Below, piece after piece: positions 36,871 through 50,732 of a stretch of DNA of 64,000 nt. Position 1 is the stretch's first letter. The number at the start of each line of letters is the position of its first letter. The stretch is from Podarcis erhardii (lineage: Eukaryota). The stretch is taken from assembly GCA_964252035.1 (NCBI GenBank), contig OZ176202.1. One strand, written 5' to 3'. The notes under the pieces are model-generated. The model saw only the letters and a program-made list of their open reading frames with translations, was not told where the DNA came from and searched no databases. Made by a program: the position numbers and the translations under genes.

Positions 36871-37027
36871 CTTGGTGTTCTGCAAATGTTTGTTTAAATT
36901 CTCCACGTTCAAAGAGGGCTGGATAGCTGGAATTCTTTCCGTCATCTCATCTACCCATTTCTTCAAAGATTCTACATGAAGATTGAACTCATCCATCTGC
37001 TTTTGGCAAGAGGACACATCCTCTTCT
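36871..37027 (-). CDS. DST: DST exon, 157 nt (EEDVSSCQKQ...LQNTK), phase 2 to 0
   Basis: gtgcag|A acceptor, AAG|gtgaga donor; ORF 36766..37035. Confidence 0.91.
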
Positions 37028-38177
37028 CTGCACAATTGAAAACAAGGAAGGGATATGGGAGAGGCAGACTCCTTGTTCTCGGGATAATGTAGGCAAATCC
37101 TTCTTCTAGATAAAACTATAATATGGGCTGTATTAACAACCAGTATGTATAGCTGGGACTGAAAGCACTCCTTTCAGACTTCAGCCCCTCATACCACATC
37201 TCACATTTCAAATGCTGCTCCAAAGTGAGAGTCTTGATGGACTAATAGGGGCTTGTCACAATGTACATGCAAACCATCACACCTGGCCCTTTAGATCTCA
37301 GCCCAACTAGTGGCATTTCCTTATATATTATTACTGTATTTTTACTGTTGTCTGGTTGGTGCAAACACACAAGTTCCTGGAGATGAAATCCTAGCCACTT
37401 CACTCCTCCCTGTGCCATGCTGAGCTAAGCCACATATTTGCTTATCATATCATCTAGAATTGGACTCATGATTTAGTTTTCTCCAGACAAACTATGAGCT
37501 GTAACAATAAGCTCAGGTCTGGAAAACATGTCGCACCAAACTATGGCTCAGCTCAGCATGGTGCAAGCAGCAAAAGAACTAGAAATGAGTATGGTGGTTG
37601 GGTTCTCTTCTCTAGGAGTCCACACACTTGTGCATCTATGCAAAGCTATGGTTTGGCTTAGCGTGATGAGTGTTTCTTAATTCTGCAATATTGTTACAAG
37701 CAAGTAACTTCTCCTTCACTTTATGAAACTGCAAAACACACCACAACCATCTTATAGGTCTGTGCATCACATTATTTGGAACTCTCACTTTTATAGTTGC
37801 ATTTAATATGTGTAATTGGTAACCCTTTAGTTGGTTGGTTGGTTGATTGACTGATGAATTGGCAAGATTACAAGTTCAAGGCATGCATTTCTTTGCTGAG
37901 CCTATTTTGATTCTGCTGTACACTATGGGGGGAATATTAAAGATTAACTTCTAGTATTAAGTGGGATATTTTATTTATCAAATTCTAAGTTACCTCAAAA
38001 AGGCACCTATAATGAAGTGTTTGAAATATGCACATGGAAACTATTGTAATTAAGTAAAAATAAATCAGTCACAAGACAGATAATCAGCAGAAATTATTTA
38101 CTCATTGACAACCCTGATTATTTTCATCACCTCCACCACCAGCACACACTATTCTAAAATTTGATGATTATACTCAC

Positions 38178-38344
38178 TTTTCTCGTATAGTCTCTTCCAT
38201 TTCCTTGAATTTCTTTGACAAGGCATTTACTTTTTCTAACACTAATGACCTGTCTCCAGGAAGAGCATGAGGAGAGAGTTCTTCAATGAGGTGTTGCAAA
38301 TTTTCAAGATCTTTTTTCTGCTCCATCAGTTCAGTGTTGGTTTC
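38178..38344 (-). CDS. DST: DST exon, 167 nt (ETNTELMEQKK...ETIREK), phase 0 to 2
   Basis: ttaaag|GAA acceptor, GAAAA|gtgagt donor; ORF 38174..38386. Confidence 0.91.
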
Positions 38345-38520
38345 CTTTAAAATGGACAAGAAAGTAATTGCTTCACACCTGAACACACTGCACGGTGTTC
38401 AAAATTTATCCCTTGGACTCAGCAGGTTCTCTTATAATTGTGGGTGGCATAGTTACGCCAGCCATTGTATTGCTCAGTAAGGGGCTATGTAGGGCTCACA
38501 TCAGTAAAAATCTACAGTAC

Positions 38521-38838
38521 CTGCACATATAAGGACATCTCAGTAACGTCTTTTCCTGGGATGTCAGCCTCGCCGAGGGCCTGAGTTTTCTTGTCCAAGA
38601 ATGACTGGAGTTTATCAGTGAGGCACTCAAACAGCTCCACTTTAGTCTTCAATCCCTCCAACTTTTCAAGTTTTTTCCTGTGTTTATTATTTGCTTCACA
38701 AAACCGCTGAGAAAGTTCGTTCATTTTAGCTTGTAAAGAGGATGCAGTGGAAGGGTCTGTTGTTTCCATGAATTTGTTCAACTTTTCTTTCATGGCATTT
38801 AGGCTACTTTGCCGACCCACAATGTCTTGTTCTAGAGC
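38521..38838 (-). CDS. DST: DST exon, 318 nt ([12 protein letters not shown]...SLYVQ), phase 0 to 0
   Basis: tcccag|GCT acceptor, CAG|gtactg donor; ORF 38512..38820. Confidence 0.94.
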
Positions 38839-39785
38839 CTGGGATAAATAGATAAGTCTGAGAAGACAGCCATACTCATGGGTGCATCTCTATGTGAATG
38901 AAGTGATTGCAAGCTGATGTAAATAACTGCACTTCCTGTAGTCAGTTTCTAAAGCAATGGAATCCACAAACAAGAAGTGGCAATGAGGAAGAACCCCGAA
39001 GATAAAGATGCGGAAGAAACTTGAACTGCATTTAAAGGTGAGCATGAAAGAATATGTGAAGCAAAAGCACAGCTATCCTTTGCAAGTCTCCAAATTTACC
39101 AATACAGTTCTCAAACTAAAAAAAACTATACAAAACTGCGTATATTAGCATGAAATATTTATAAAAATTTAATGAATGTAGCACACAAAACTGCATAACA
39201 GGCAAAAATTGCCTACAAAAACGTGTATACTGGGCAAAATTGGACACATATATGTGTACATTTAGGAGAAAGGCACACAAAAATGCTAATGAACTGTTGT
39301 GATGACTTTGTTAAAAAAAATCGAACTGACGCAGAAATGTAACAAACGGAACTTATTGGAAAAATATGAAATTAAAAGAGACAGATTTGTTTATTGCTAT
39401 TCTTAGAAAAGGTAGTCATTACTCAATAGCTGCAGAAGTGATGACCAATGGTTTTGTGCAGCCCCCTGTGCTGACCCTGGTAGTATTTTTGGATTTGTGG
39501 CAGTCTGCACAGAGACTGGGACAGCTGACATGCACTTTTGGGTTGTCTGGCATACGAACATACAATATTAGTATGCATCTCACCCACAAATGCACTATGC
39601 GCACTAGAGAAAGTCACCGTCTAGATGCACTCTAATGAAATGCTGTTTTAAGACTGAATTTTCTTCAGATACCTGAATGTATTAATGAAAACCTATTTTC
39701 AGTATCTTGATTTCCCCTGCCCCCACTTTGAGCTTTAAGTTCCTGGCATTAGGAGGAAAATTTGCTCTGCTAAAAACTAACTCAC

Positions 39786-39994
39786 CATACTTTTACTAAT
39801 GACATCCTGAATTACAGAAGAATTCAAAGGCACTTGACCTTGCTCCTCAAGACTCTTCTCAACACCATTCATCCAATCAAGCATTTCATCCAATCCATCC
39901 TGGACGCTTAATGAACGTGTCAGAGTGATCTGAAGTTTCTCATTCCGGTCATTCACTGCTTTGGATAAGTGATTATACTTATCCACAATAGTAT
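39786..39994 (-). CDS. DST: DST exon, 209 nt ([10 protein letters not shown]...VISKSM), phase 1 to 0
   Basis: tttcag|AT acceptor, ATG|gtgagt donor; ORF 39777..40037. Confidence 0.94.
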
Positions 39995-40095
39995 CTGAAA
40001 GAAACAAGTAGATAAAGGATAGTTTATAAGTTAACAACCATTTTAGAATACAAGCAACTGCCTTTGGCAGAGTTATGCCAATAGTCCAGCTAAAT

Positions 40096-40224
40096 CAGGG
40101 ATGGGGAACCCATAGCCACCCAGATGTGGTTGGAAAAAAATTCCCATCACCCTGGTACCATTGGCCACGGGGGCTGAAATTGGAATCAAACAACATCTGG
40201 AGGGCCACAGGTTCACTACCCCAG
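40096..40224. mobile_element. hAT MITE
   Basis: cagggatggggaacc...ccagatgtggttgg...caacatctggagggccacaggtt. Confidence 0.7.
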
Positions 40225-42915
40225 GGCTAACACAACATAATTTACTGCAATTGGGAACAGCATTACGGGGTCTCAGGCACAAGTCTTTGCCAACGCTGCT
40301 CCCTAACACCCTATGACTGGAGTCGATGGAACTGAACCTCAAATTTTGTAATACATCAAAGATAGCTCCTGTACCTTAAACAAGTTATTGGGGAAGAAGA
40401 GAAGCTAATCTGTAAAGTGTAGCTTGCCTTGGCACACTGCAGCAGGAGTTTGAAAAGCTGCACCTGACAATATTCTCTTATCTACGCAAGTGTCAATTTT
40501 ACAAGAGCCTTAACGCTGAAAGGTTAGCCAAAAATACCAGCAAAGCAATACTTTGCATGTAAAACACACATTCAAAGTATTGCTGGGTCGCTATTTTCGG
40601 CCAAGCTTCTTTCAACCATGCACAAGATAGAAAGTTGAAAACATAATCCCTTTGAAAACAGGCAGGAGAAATTCCCCCTAAGTTTTGGAGCAGGACAGGC
40701 AACTAGACAAAGTGGTGGGGGTGTCTCCCCCCCCTCCCAGTTTCAACTTTTTAAAAATAATCCCTGTAGCTGCCTGTATCCCACATGTTCTGGAACACTC
40801 CTGGGAAATAACACACTCTCTCTCCTCTTAAGGAACAGTCCCCACCCCCAAAAAGGTTCTTCTAACTCACTTTCCCAATCCACACCTCAAGATTTGCCTA
40901 AGGAGTATTCTTCAGAATTTAGTATTTGCAAACAGCTAGCCAATATGACCAATAACTAGCTGTGACAAGGAGCACAGCACACAATATAGGAAAGAGGCCA
41001 GTTAACACAAGCCGCACACAGTAGCGAACAATGCTTGGCTCTCTGAGCAGCCCCAGAAGGATGCAGAATTTTCTATTTGAGGTTCTCTCAAGTGAAACTG
41101 TACCTTAGAAACTGAACCTTAAAAGTTCACAGCATAGGGGACCCATAGATAAAAGTTATTTTTTTCTGAGAGCGTACTATGGATTCTTCATCAGTATGCT
41201 GACTGGAGTCAGACATATTCGACTCTGAGAACAACAAAGGGTTGGGAACACGTAGTTCCCTTTTACAAGGGAGTTGGGAACATGTGATTCCTTCTATGCC
41301 TGAAGTGCATGCCCACAGAAGACGGGCTTGTGGATAAAACAGTTGGATAGAACAGTTAAATCGATTCAGGTGGCTTGACACAGGTTTTAAAAAGGCAGAT
41401 TACAAAATATCTAAAAGAGAGAGGTTATATAAAAAGCAAATGTCTCAAAAGACTGCTGAGGCCCAAAGTCAAAGGGCAATATTCTACAAAAGAAGGATTT
41501 CATCTGTTTTTCCTGCTGATTGGTTTTAGCAACTGATTATCACTGTCTCATAAAGGGGACAATTCTATCAGTTGCTCAGAACTACCCTACATCTCCAAGC
41601 CAGGTAAATACAACCTGGCTTTTATTCTTTACAGCAGAAATGGGGAACCCTTTTCAGCCTGTGGGCAGCATTATTTTCTGGGCAAGTTTCCAGGGACAAC
41701 ATGCCAGTGGTGCGCTGTAACAGAGGCAAAAGCAGGCAGAGTAATGAATGTAAATTTTGTCTTTGTACAATAGGCTAGTCTCTACACACACTCCCATACG
41801 CTTTTCTATCCTCAAGGAGGGTGCAAAGCGAGGAAGGGGTGTAGCTGGTGAGGGAATCTGAAATGGGGGGGGGTTCCCCAGAAATTATGTAGTGTCGTGT
41901 TTCCCGCTTTTTTTTTTACACATTCTTTATTCATCAAATATCTAGCTAGAAAAGCAGCTAGAAAAATATCAGACGGAGCACTGAAAAACAAACCACCAAA
42001 AATTTAGCAGGTTAAGCAGTGCCAGGCATGAGTATGAAAAGAGGTATTGCAATATTTTAATACATTAACTTGTAACAGCAGGATGTTAAACAGATGGACT
42101 TCGCATACTTGACGGTTGGAACCAGGGAATTAAAGGCTTAAGTCTGCATAGCCAGCTTTCTCTTGCAGGCCTTTATACATATTCCAGTAATCTCATATGG
42201 CTGCTAGGGCAGAACAGTTATAATTTTAAAAGAAACCTCAATCAGCTCAGATATCCTCTTCTCCAGACTCTTAGGATGTGTGTCTTTTTAACTCACTGAA
42301 ACCACAAGATCACCCCTGAATCCAAAGTTTAGTTTAACCCGTCATTACCTCTGCACTTCTTGGTAACAGTTTCACTGTTTCAGCATATTTGATTATTATT
42401 ACAAGTAGAAATATCACTGAACTGTGTGTCATTTCCCCTAATTCTTTTCCGGCTTGAAACAGGAAAACAAATTCTGAACATGCACAGTTAATGCCTATGC
42501 TGGCCTTTGAATAATAGATAGTTGATGACCTCTGATCTTAACTTTTTAATGTGTGTGTGTGTTTGTGTGTGTATAGTAAACTAATTTGATTTTTTTAAAA
42601 ATGGTATAGTGGTAAATAAATACTTGTATAAAGAAATATAGATGTGATGAACTGGAAAGCGATATTACTCTTAACTATAAATGTTTACATATGATTAGTG
42701 CTACGGTAGTTACATTGAAACTTATTTCCACAATGACTTTGGGGCTTCCATGTGCACAAGGTGACTTTTTGCCTTGGAGCAACAGGACACACTACCACCG
42801 ACACCAACACTATGACTTGTCACTAATGGATTTGGAAAGTTCTGCAAGTTTCAAAAGCCATTTGTCATGTGGTCTAAGTTCTGATAAACCCAAGTGCTTC
42901 ATAAATGTCCTAGAA

Positions 42916-43043
42916 CGGACATGGGGAACCCGTGGTCCTCCAAATGTTGCTGGACCACAATGCCCATCATCCCTGACCACTGGGTGGGACTGATGGGAGC
43001 TGGAATTCGATGGCACCTGGAGGGCCCAGGTACCCCAATGCTG
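42916..43043. mobile_element. hAT MITE
   Basis: atggggaacc...cccatcatccctgaccactgg core; TSD-like tcctagaa / ccctagga. Confidence 0.72.
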
Positions 43044-43502
43044 CCCTAGGATCACCTGAAGCTATTGAAGCTAAGCAGGTGGAAACCTGATCAGTGCCTC
43101 ACGGGAAGGCTACTGGGAGTCTCACGTAAGCAACTTCAACACATCTCCCCTCCACCTTTTTGCCCTTGAAAATGGCTCACTCATCCCATTTGTAACATGC
43201 GACTGGAGCAGACCTGCATTTAGACATGGGCCTGTCACTGTCATGTACGGTTTGGCGCTACATTATAGGGACATGACCCAGCCAAACCTGAGCACTACTA
43301 AGTCCTGCTGATTTTCATGGGCTGAGAGCTAAACAACTGCTCCACCTGATTCAGTGAATTATGCCCTTCGCCTTAAAAAATAATAATGGTAAAAATAGCT
43401 GAGTTGTAGGAGGCCAGGAGGCAACCACCACTTAGTATCTTCTCCAGTCTACAAATATGAGCAATGGAAGAAGGAAATGGAGAACACAGTTACTCATCTT
43501 AC

Positions 43503-43626
43503 CCAGGGTATTCTGGATTTCATCTTTGTCTGGCAGTAACTCTCCTCTGGTGTCAAAAAGCACTTCGGCAGCTTTTTTCAGTTTCTCTACAGCAACCTGG
43601 TGACCGGACACCTGCCCCTGAAGCAC
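43503..43626 (-). CDS. DST: DST exon, 124 nt ([18 protein letters not shown]...IQNTL), phase 0 to 1
   Basis: ttacag|GTG acceptor, CTGG|gtaaga donor; ORF 43432..43650. Confidence 0.93.
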
Positions 43627-44388
43627 CTGTAAAAATGTACAATTTTTCAATTCTACTGCTTGCTAACGTGTGTTTATGTACACACAGGCACACAATAACA
43701 GTAAGATCGGTTTGGTAGACACCATTAAACATCATACAGATGACAATACATATCTTGCTCTGCTGGGGAACTTCTGAGCAGAATCCAGTTGGCTACTCGG
43801 GATGATAGAAAGGTACACTAAATGAAACCATGAGCTGATCCAAAATAGGCACTTCTTATCTTGACACGAGCAAACGCAAATTGCAGCCCAAGATATTTTG
43901 CTTATTGCCCTTTTTTTGCATAGCTCCTGCTTACTACAATGGGACTAACGCAATGACTATTCTTTTCATGCTATACATTAAAATTGCAACTTGGCTACCA
44001 CTCTGATAAGCATTTCATTAAAAAAAAAATCAGGCTCTCCTAACCAACTGCCATAAACAGAGCTTCCCTGTCACATAAAAGCAGTTACCCATCCATGGGA
44101 AGAGAGTTTTGTCATTAAAAACACAATCTGTGATGTCAGTCGGCCTTTGGGGTGGTAAAGTGGGCAGGCTGCAGATGGAGAGCCCTCTCTGTTCTGCCTA
44201 TAGCGCTACTTCTGCTTTATGTCACAAGAGATAACATTTGTCGGGAACCAGGAGGATTTGGAGGAAAGACCTCCTGATAAAGAGAATGTTTCATCTACCT
44301 TAATCCAGTTTTCTTTTTTAAAAAAACAAAAAAAACTTCTTATGAAGAAGTGTCCATGTTGTTGTTGTTTCCTCTCTCCACACAAATA

Positions 44389-44615
44389 CAGTGGTACCTC
44401 TGGTTAAGAACTCAATTGGTTCTGGAGGTCCGTTCTTAACTTGAAACCATTCTTAACCTAAGGTACAACTTTAGCTAATGGGGCCTACCACTGATGCCGT
44501 TGCCGTGGCTGCATGATTTCTGTTCTCATCATGAGGTAAAGTTCTTAACCTGAGGTACTACTTCTGGGTTAGTGGAGTCTATAACCCAAAGTGTTTGTAA
44601 CCCGAGGTACCACTG
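44389..44615. mobile_element. Tc1/mariner MITE, older copy of the same family as 51943
   Basis: Same TIRs with one indel; TA on the left, CA (mutated TA) on the right. Confidence 0.87.
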
Positions 44616-45877
44616 CACTTGACTTGTGATCCCCCCCCCCATTGCCAGCGTGATGTAGTGACTCTGAGTAGGAGTGCTGGGCTTGGACCGAGGAGCCCGA
44701 GGCCAAATCTTTGCTTAAACTATGCCTTTTTTCAGTCAGAACATTCTGGAACGCTGTTCCGGCACCTCTTAGCTGGGCTCTGGGAGGGTGGGGAGGAATC
44801 AGACCAGCCTCAGCAAAGCCCCGCTACACCTCTGGCTCATTAGGAGACTCTCCCCAGAGCCTGAAGGGGACGTCTGCTTCATGCTCCAGAAAGGGTTTCC
44901 TTGAGAGCCGGAGGCGCATAGAGGCTTTGCTGAGTCTCTTTCCCCTGCCAGCTAACATGTGGGAAAGCTGCACCTCAGCTGAGCAAGCCCCATTGCTCAT
45001 GAGAGCCAGAGAGGTGGGGGCAGGGACTCATTAAGCTGCTCAGCTGAGGCGAGGAAGACTCACCTCCGATAAGCATCCTCAACAAGCCTCTGGCTCATGA
45101 GGAGACACCCCCCACAAGTCCAAAGAGGTCCTCTTTGGGCTCTGGGGTGGGCCTTCTGAGGGAGGTGTATTCTGACACCTTTTTGTCTAGAAAAAAAGCA
45201 CCATGCTAAACTATGATATCCTCTAGGTTATATTGAGTCACTTGTTATCTCTCAATATAATCTACCTTGTAGGGGTGTGGTGAGGTTAAAAAGGAGAAAA
45301 AAACATATACATTGTCCTGATTCTACTTCTGGTTCTCTTAGACAGACACTGTTGGTCCCTGATGAGGCCACTTGCCCTTTCAATGTCCTTTCTGAATTTA
45401 CTGGGTTTTGTTGAGAGGGTTTTTGGGGGGTGGGTTGGGGGATTGCTTACACTTTTTTCCGTTTTATTTGTGTGGTGGTTGGATCAGATCCAAGTGTGAG
45501 TGGTGGGTCCCCCCCCCCCCCGGCACCATGTAAGATGGATGTTTTGGCCCACAATTGTTCCTTAGCTTTCCAAATATGAACCCAGGCTCAAAAAGGTTTG
45601 GGACCCCTGACATATAGCCACAATGTTCAATAAGCACTTGGGGTCCCATGAACAAGCCAAAGAGATAATGATCAAAAAAGTGTCATTGACAGGACACTTC
45701 CAGGTTTCCCTTGTAACAATCAGCATTATTATTTTCTCTATCTGACATGTTCAACTAATGTTACCCCCCCCCTCCGCCAAACACACATGCACCAAAGGGG
45801 AACATGGCCTTCCTTTATTATATAAACTGCTTTTTCTTAAAATACAACAGCTCTGGGTATTTTTTCACTTGGTTTAC

Positions 45878-46054
45878 CTTGGTTTCTTCCAGTTGTCTCT
45901 GGAGATTTTTTGGATCTACAGCAACTGCCTCAGACAACTGTTTATTCACAGCTTCTTCAGAGGCCTGAAGTCCTGTCAGAAGCCCAGATGAGGTGTCCTC
46001 ATAATTCTGGTATTTATCTACCAGATCTTTGAGGTTATTTCCAAGGATACTGCA
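45878..46054 (-). CDS. DST: DST exon, 177 nt ([16 protein letters not shown]...RQLEETK), phase 0 to 0
   Basis: ttctag|TGC acceptor, AAG|gtaaac donor; manual translation. Confidence 0.93.
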
Positions 46055-48086
46055 CTAGAAGTGCACAGAGAGAAAATGGTATTCAAGAATGGAAATATAC
46101 TTTAAAGCATTTGTATATATTACTAGCTAAAAGACTTATGTGATTTGAAAACATACTCTGCTTAGCTCGTACTGCAAGATATTTATGCAGCGATAACAAT
46201 GCCTTTTCATACTGCTCCAGTAACGGCTGAACATGGAAAGCACACACAAGCCTGCTTTGTCTGACACCCTAAACCAAACCCCTTTCCTGCCGCACTGCAT
46301 CAAGCAAAGCAAAGGTTTGGCTTAGAGTGTGTTGCGCGAATCAAGGCTTTTGTTTAAATTTCCCTCCTCACTAACTTCTGACATTCATGTGAAAGGTTTT
46401 TATTGCAACTGGCTCCATCTAGTGGTCAAATTTGAAAAGCCAGACAAGTAGGATTTGCAGACAAAATCATAACCTGGAAGTTTGTATATCCTGAGACCTC
46501 AGTTTTAGAAGTTTGAGTTAAATGAACAAAATAAGTGGAAGCTACCTGACTTGTGGCAAGAGCTGAACCTGTGGCTACGTGGTAATCTTATGGCATCACC
46601 CAGATTTCTGATTACCACACCACCACAGAATGTCACCTGAGTGGCAAAGCTTTGATTTGTGCTTTGGGCACATAGTGAAGCAATCAGACTGCTGCCTTAG
46701 GGGTGTTCAGGCATTCACCTGAACATGTGGACTGTTAAATGTGTGGACAGGGGTGCAGACACAAGCCCCACTCCCCAATGTCCTCACATACATCAGACTA
46801 CTGCAGTCCCCAGCCTTCCACGTTGCACAGAGGAAGTGTGCCAGGGGCTTCTACTTCTGCTCACTTGCACACAAAAAGACTCCTCCATGCAACTGAGGAC
46901 ACTGCTTTATCAGAGTTCAACTCTTTATAAGAGTTCTACTTGGATTCTGGTGAACATGAGTAGAAGTCACCTGCAGAATGCTTATTAGCACATCACAGGA
47001 AAGCTCAACAACTGAGGACATTGGGGATGGAGTGTGTGTGTGTGTGTGTGTCCCTGCTCCCACCCACTTTCTGCATTCATGTGTTCAGGCACTTAAAGAC
47101 ACTCTTTTTAACACACGAAAAGGGCTGTTTAAATAGCTACAGAGACCAAATTCAGTTCTAAGTTGTCTCAGAGCACACGTTTAAAAGCTTCAATGGTAAG
47201 AAAACAAATGGGATTCCCTGAAAAGATCAAATATTGTACAATACAGAAAAATATATAGGGCAATTTAGTATTTCACATAACACCACCCCCACCATATATC
47301 ATTAAATAAAGCCAGTACACTAACATTAAAGCTGCAATCCTAAGCAAACTTACTAGGGAGCAAGTTCCATTAAACACAACGGGACTTCCTTCTGAAGACG
47401 CATGCAATGAATTGCGCTGCAAGATTTGGTTCAGATATAAACATGGTTTAGGGATGATGAGGAATACTTCCAAGCGTAATTAACATGACAGCAGTTACAC
47501 TCACAAATTCATTGTGAGAACCGATTATATCCAGGTTTTGAATGTGATTTTAGGATCATATCTGGTTCCACTGTAAATTGGCTTGTCAATGCTCCCAAGT
47601 GATGCATGGGAATGTCAGGCTAGGACAGGAGAGAATCTGGCTGAAATCCCTGCTTAGCCATGAAGCTCAGTGGGTGACCCTGGGCCAGTCCCACTCACTC
47701 ACAGCCTAACCTACTTTACAGCTTGTGAGAATAAACTGGGGTGGGGTGGGGGTGGAGACTATGCTTGCCACCCTGAGCTCAGGGAGAAAGCGTAAGATAA
47801 AAATGAAGTGAGTAACAACAAAAAGTGGGAACAAGAGACTGTAGAAACTCACAAACTAAGAGTGAAAGGGAGAAACCTAAACCCTAATCCTGCTTCCTCA
47901 ATTCAGTTATACATTTTGCCTGATACAGGGAAAACATAAGATACAGAGAGATGCAGCAACAAAATACCCTTAGACAGGCTCCTCCTCTACAGAAAGCACT
48001 CTGCTTTTAATTTCATGTAACAGTTAGGAGAACTAAAAGGTTTATCCCATGGACACACATTCCACATGAATTAACACTCAATTTAC

Positions 48087-48632
48087 CTTTGAGTAGAGCG
48101 ATTTGAAGCGACCAGTTGCACTATCCAGCTTATTCTGTACCTCAATGTAAGTTGAAGAAGTATCAATACCGTCCTTGTCGTATTTGACACCTTCTCTTTT
48201 ATTACACGATTTAGCAGCATCCAATACTCTCTGTCCAGAAATGGTGATGTACCGCAAGTCCCCTTTGTGAGAAATGACATCTTCCGAAAAACTCTTCTGC
48301 CTTTTCAGTTTGATGATAATCCCATTAAAGTCTGATGCACCTGTCTCCAGGTTATCAAGCTCTTGTTCTCCCTGCTGGAGCCAGCTTTCAAACTCGCCAT
48401 AGTCTGCATCAAACTTCTCAAGCTCCTCCTGCAAAGAGCGGGTCAACTTCAGCTTCTGCTCCGACTCCGCTAAGGCAGTTTCATACTGCACCTTCAGTTC
48501 CTTCATATTCCTTTGAATCTTCTCCTTTTCCTCTGGAGAAAGATGATGTCCTTGCTTCTCAAGCAGGGCTTGGGTTGACTGTGTAGCTATTATGACAGCT
48601 TGCTGCTGGGAAATAATTTTCTCATGCTGAGC
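48087..48632 (-). CDS. DST: DST exon, 546 nt (AQHEKIISQ...FKSLYSK), phase 0 to 0
   Basis: acccag|GCT acceptor, AAG|gtaaat donor; ORF 48078..48506. Confidence 0.95.
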
Positions 48633-49417
48633 CTGGGTGGGGAAAGCGGCAGGGAATCAAAACATACATATATAATTAGCAGTGCAATCTGTAATGTGTC
48701 CGATACTTAGGAAATGTACTTAACGATGGTTCAGAAACATTAAACAAATCAAAATGCTGTGTGCTGCAGATGTACCAACCAACTACATTCCTACTTCCCA
48801 ATCGCAAGAACAAATCACCAGCATTAAAATATCCCAATACACACACAAAGGCTTCTTCAATGGCTTCATGTTAGGGGTAGTTCCATTTATGCATGGACGT
48901 GCCTGCATGGAGCTATCCAGAACACTGAGGCTTTTGAGAGAGACCTTGTGCTTAAAGGGAGCTGTGTGCGGCCACTGGCATTCCAGTGGATGTAAGATGT
49001 GCTAAGGCTGGGCTGTTTGGGTGTGCTTGTCAATACTTCCTACTTTGGCCTGCCTTTATTTTCCACAGCTTTGAGCATTTTCAACACAGAAGCTAGAGAT
49101 GAAAATGTTCTATTGGTTCATTAGATAAGAGTTAGGAAATAAATATGCTCTGAGGCTTGTAGTGCAGTGAGAGGTGGTGAAATCACCTCCCACAAAATCG
49201 TTCTAGAGATTCCTTGGTATGAAAAGCAGAGATCTGGAGGTGGACCAGATTATGTCTCCTGGCTGCACTTGGCTTTTGCTTTGTACCTTTTCAAGGCCAC
49301 CACAACAGCTGGCAATGCTGGCTCCACAGCACATGAGGTGGGTTTATATCAACCCTCATTTCTTTTCCAGGATAAGTGTGAATTGATAAAGCAATTAGTA
49401 TTATACACCTGTAGTAC

Positions 49418-49702
49418 CTTGGCTTTCTGATATTGCATGTTGAGATTATCTTCTGAGGGCTTCAGTTGTCCATCCACGTGTGTTTCATTCTGTTGTTGGA
49501 TTTCCATCAAGTTGCCATTGACTTCATCGTCTTCTCCAGCCAACTCTTCCACCTCTCCTTCTTGGAAATGGTTGCCATTCTGTTTAATTGCTGGCTTGTC
49601 TTTCTTGCCCCCATGTTCAGCATCCTTGTCGACCTTTGACAACCAGTCCAGAAGGTTCTCTATTGTGGTTTTACTCTCCTCTAGCTGTTCTCTAGCTGCA
49701 AC
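49418..49702 (-). CDS. DST: DST exon, 285 nt (VAAREQLEESK...QYQKAK), phase 0 to 0
   Basis: gtgcag|GTT acceptor, AAG|gtacta donor; ORF 49349..49708. Confidence 0.94.
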
Positions 49703-50315
49703 CTGCACAATTAAAGTTCAAGCTCAAATCTTATGCAGTCATGAAAAGTTCAAATGCAGATATTCGTGATACTGCAAACAAGAGTATACTAACACATTTT
49801 TGGGGGGGAGGGAATTAATGGGACTTTTTCTCCTACTGGTCGTGTGCAAACATCTGCAGAATGATGCAGTGTGCCTGCACTTCTGTATGCTTAGGAAAAA
49901 TGAGGAAAAACTAAAATGAATTATTATTCCGTGGTATGGCTATTGTTTAAAGGATCCTCCATTGGGAGGAAAGACTTATGGAACCAGATGTTTACAGGCC
50001 ACATTCACATTAGTGAAAGTCTGCACAAGGATTTTAGCTAGTGCAATGGGACTTTCCTTCTCTGCACTCTGCCCCCCAAAAAGGAAAAAAATGGCTAGGG
50101 GCAGTTGGGAGAACCCTCAGAACAGAATACGGGGGGGGGGGGGGACATCTGGCAAGCAGAACTGTTTTTGCTGAAGCAACTATCTACTGAGTGCTACACT
50201 GAATTGCTCTATATGTTCCTTTCTTTGGGGAAGCAAATACTGACAATTCCAGATGCATTTGGTGAATGTCTGAAAATAGATAAATGCATTTCCCTACATT
50301 TAATACACACAGTGA

Positions 50316-50361
<46 letters not shown>
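50316..50361. repeat. (AAT)n microsatellite, ~15 units
   Basis: Directly visible. Confidence 0.95.
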
Positions 50362-50363
<2 letters not shown>

Positions 50364-50498
50364 GACAATCAATTCCTTGAGTTTTCAGACATTCACAAAC
50401 ATTGTCAGACATTGTCTGGGATGGTCAGCATTCACATGCAAGGAAAAATTATAGCAATGAGCCATTTTAAAATAAATATTAAATGGCTGCCAAAGAAC

Positions 50499-50732
50499 CT
50501 TTTCTGTTTCTTGCTTAATAGCTGTTGTCACAGCTTTATCCAGCTGTTTCCTGGACTCCTCTGCCTTCTGGCTAAGCAGCAAACACTTGGTCTTGGCTTC
50601 ATTAAGCTTCTTTTCAAGAGCAGTCTTGTCTTCTTGTCGCAGCTTTTCTCCATTTTCTTTCAAAAACATCTCCGTATTTTTCACAATTTCTGCCAGTGCC
50701 TGTGTATTTGCTTGCATATCTTTCTGTAGCTC
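50499..50732 (-). CDS. DST: DST exon, 234 nt (ELQKDMQ...KQETEK), phase 0 to 0
   Basis: ccccag|GAG acceptor, AAG|gttctt donor; ORF 50385..50843. Confidence 0.94.

Noticed and set aside
41908-41931. Minus-strand AATAAA plus A10 as a retrocopy 3' end
   Set aside because: Only 8 nt between signal and A-run; no TSD or coding remnant seen
6683-50361. CRISPR-like or prokaryotic repeat arrays
   Set aside because: All short periodic repeats are simple microsatellites without spacers, in a vertebrate intron context
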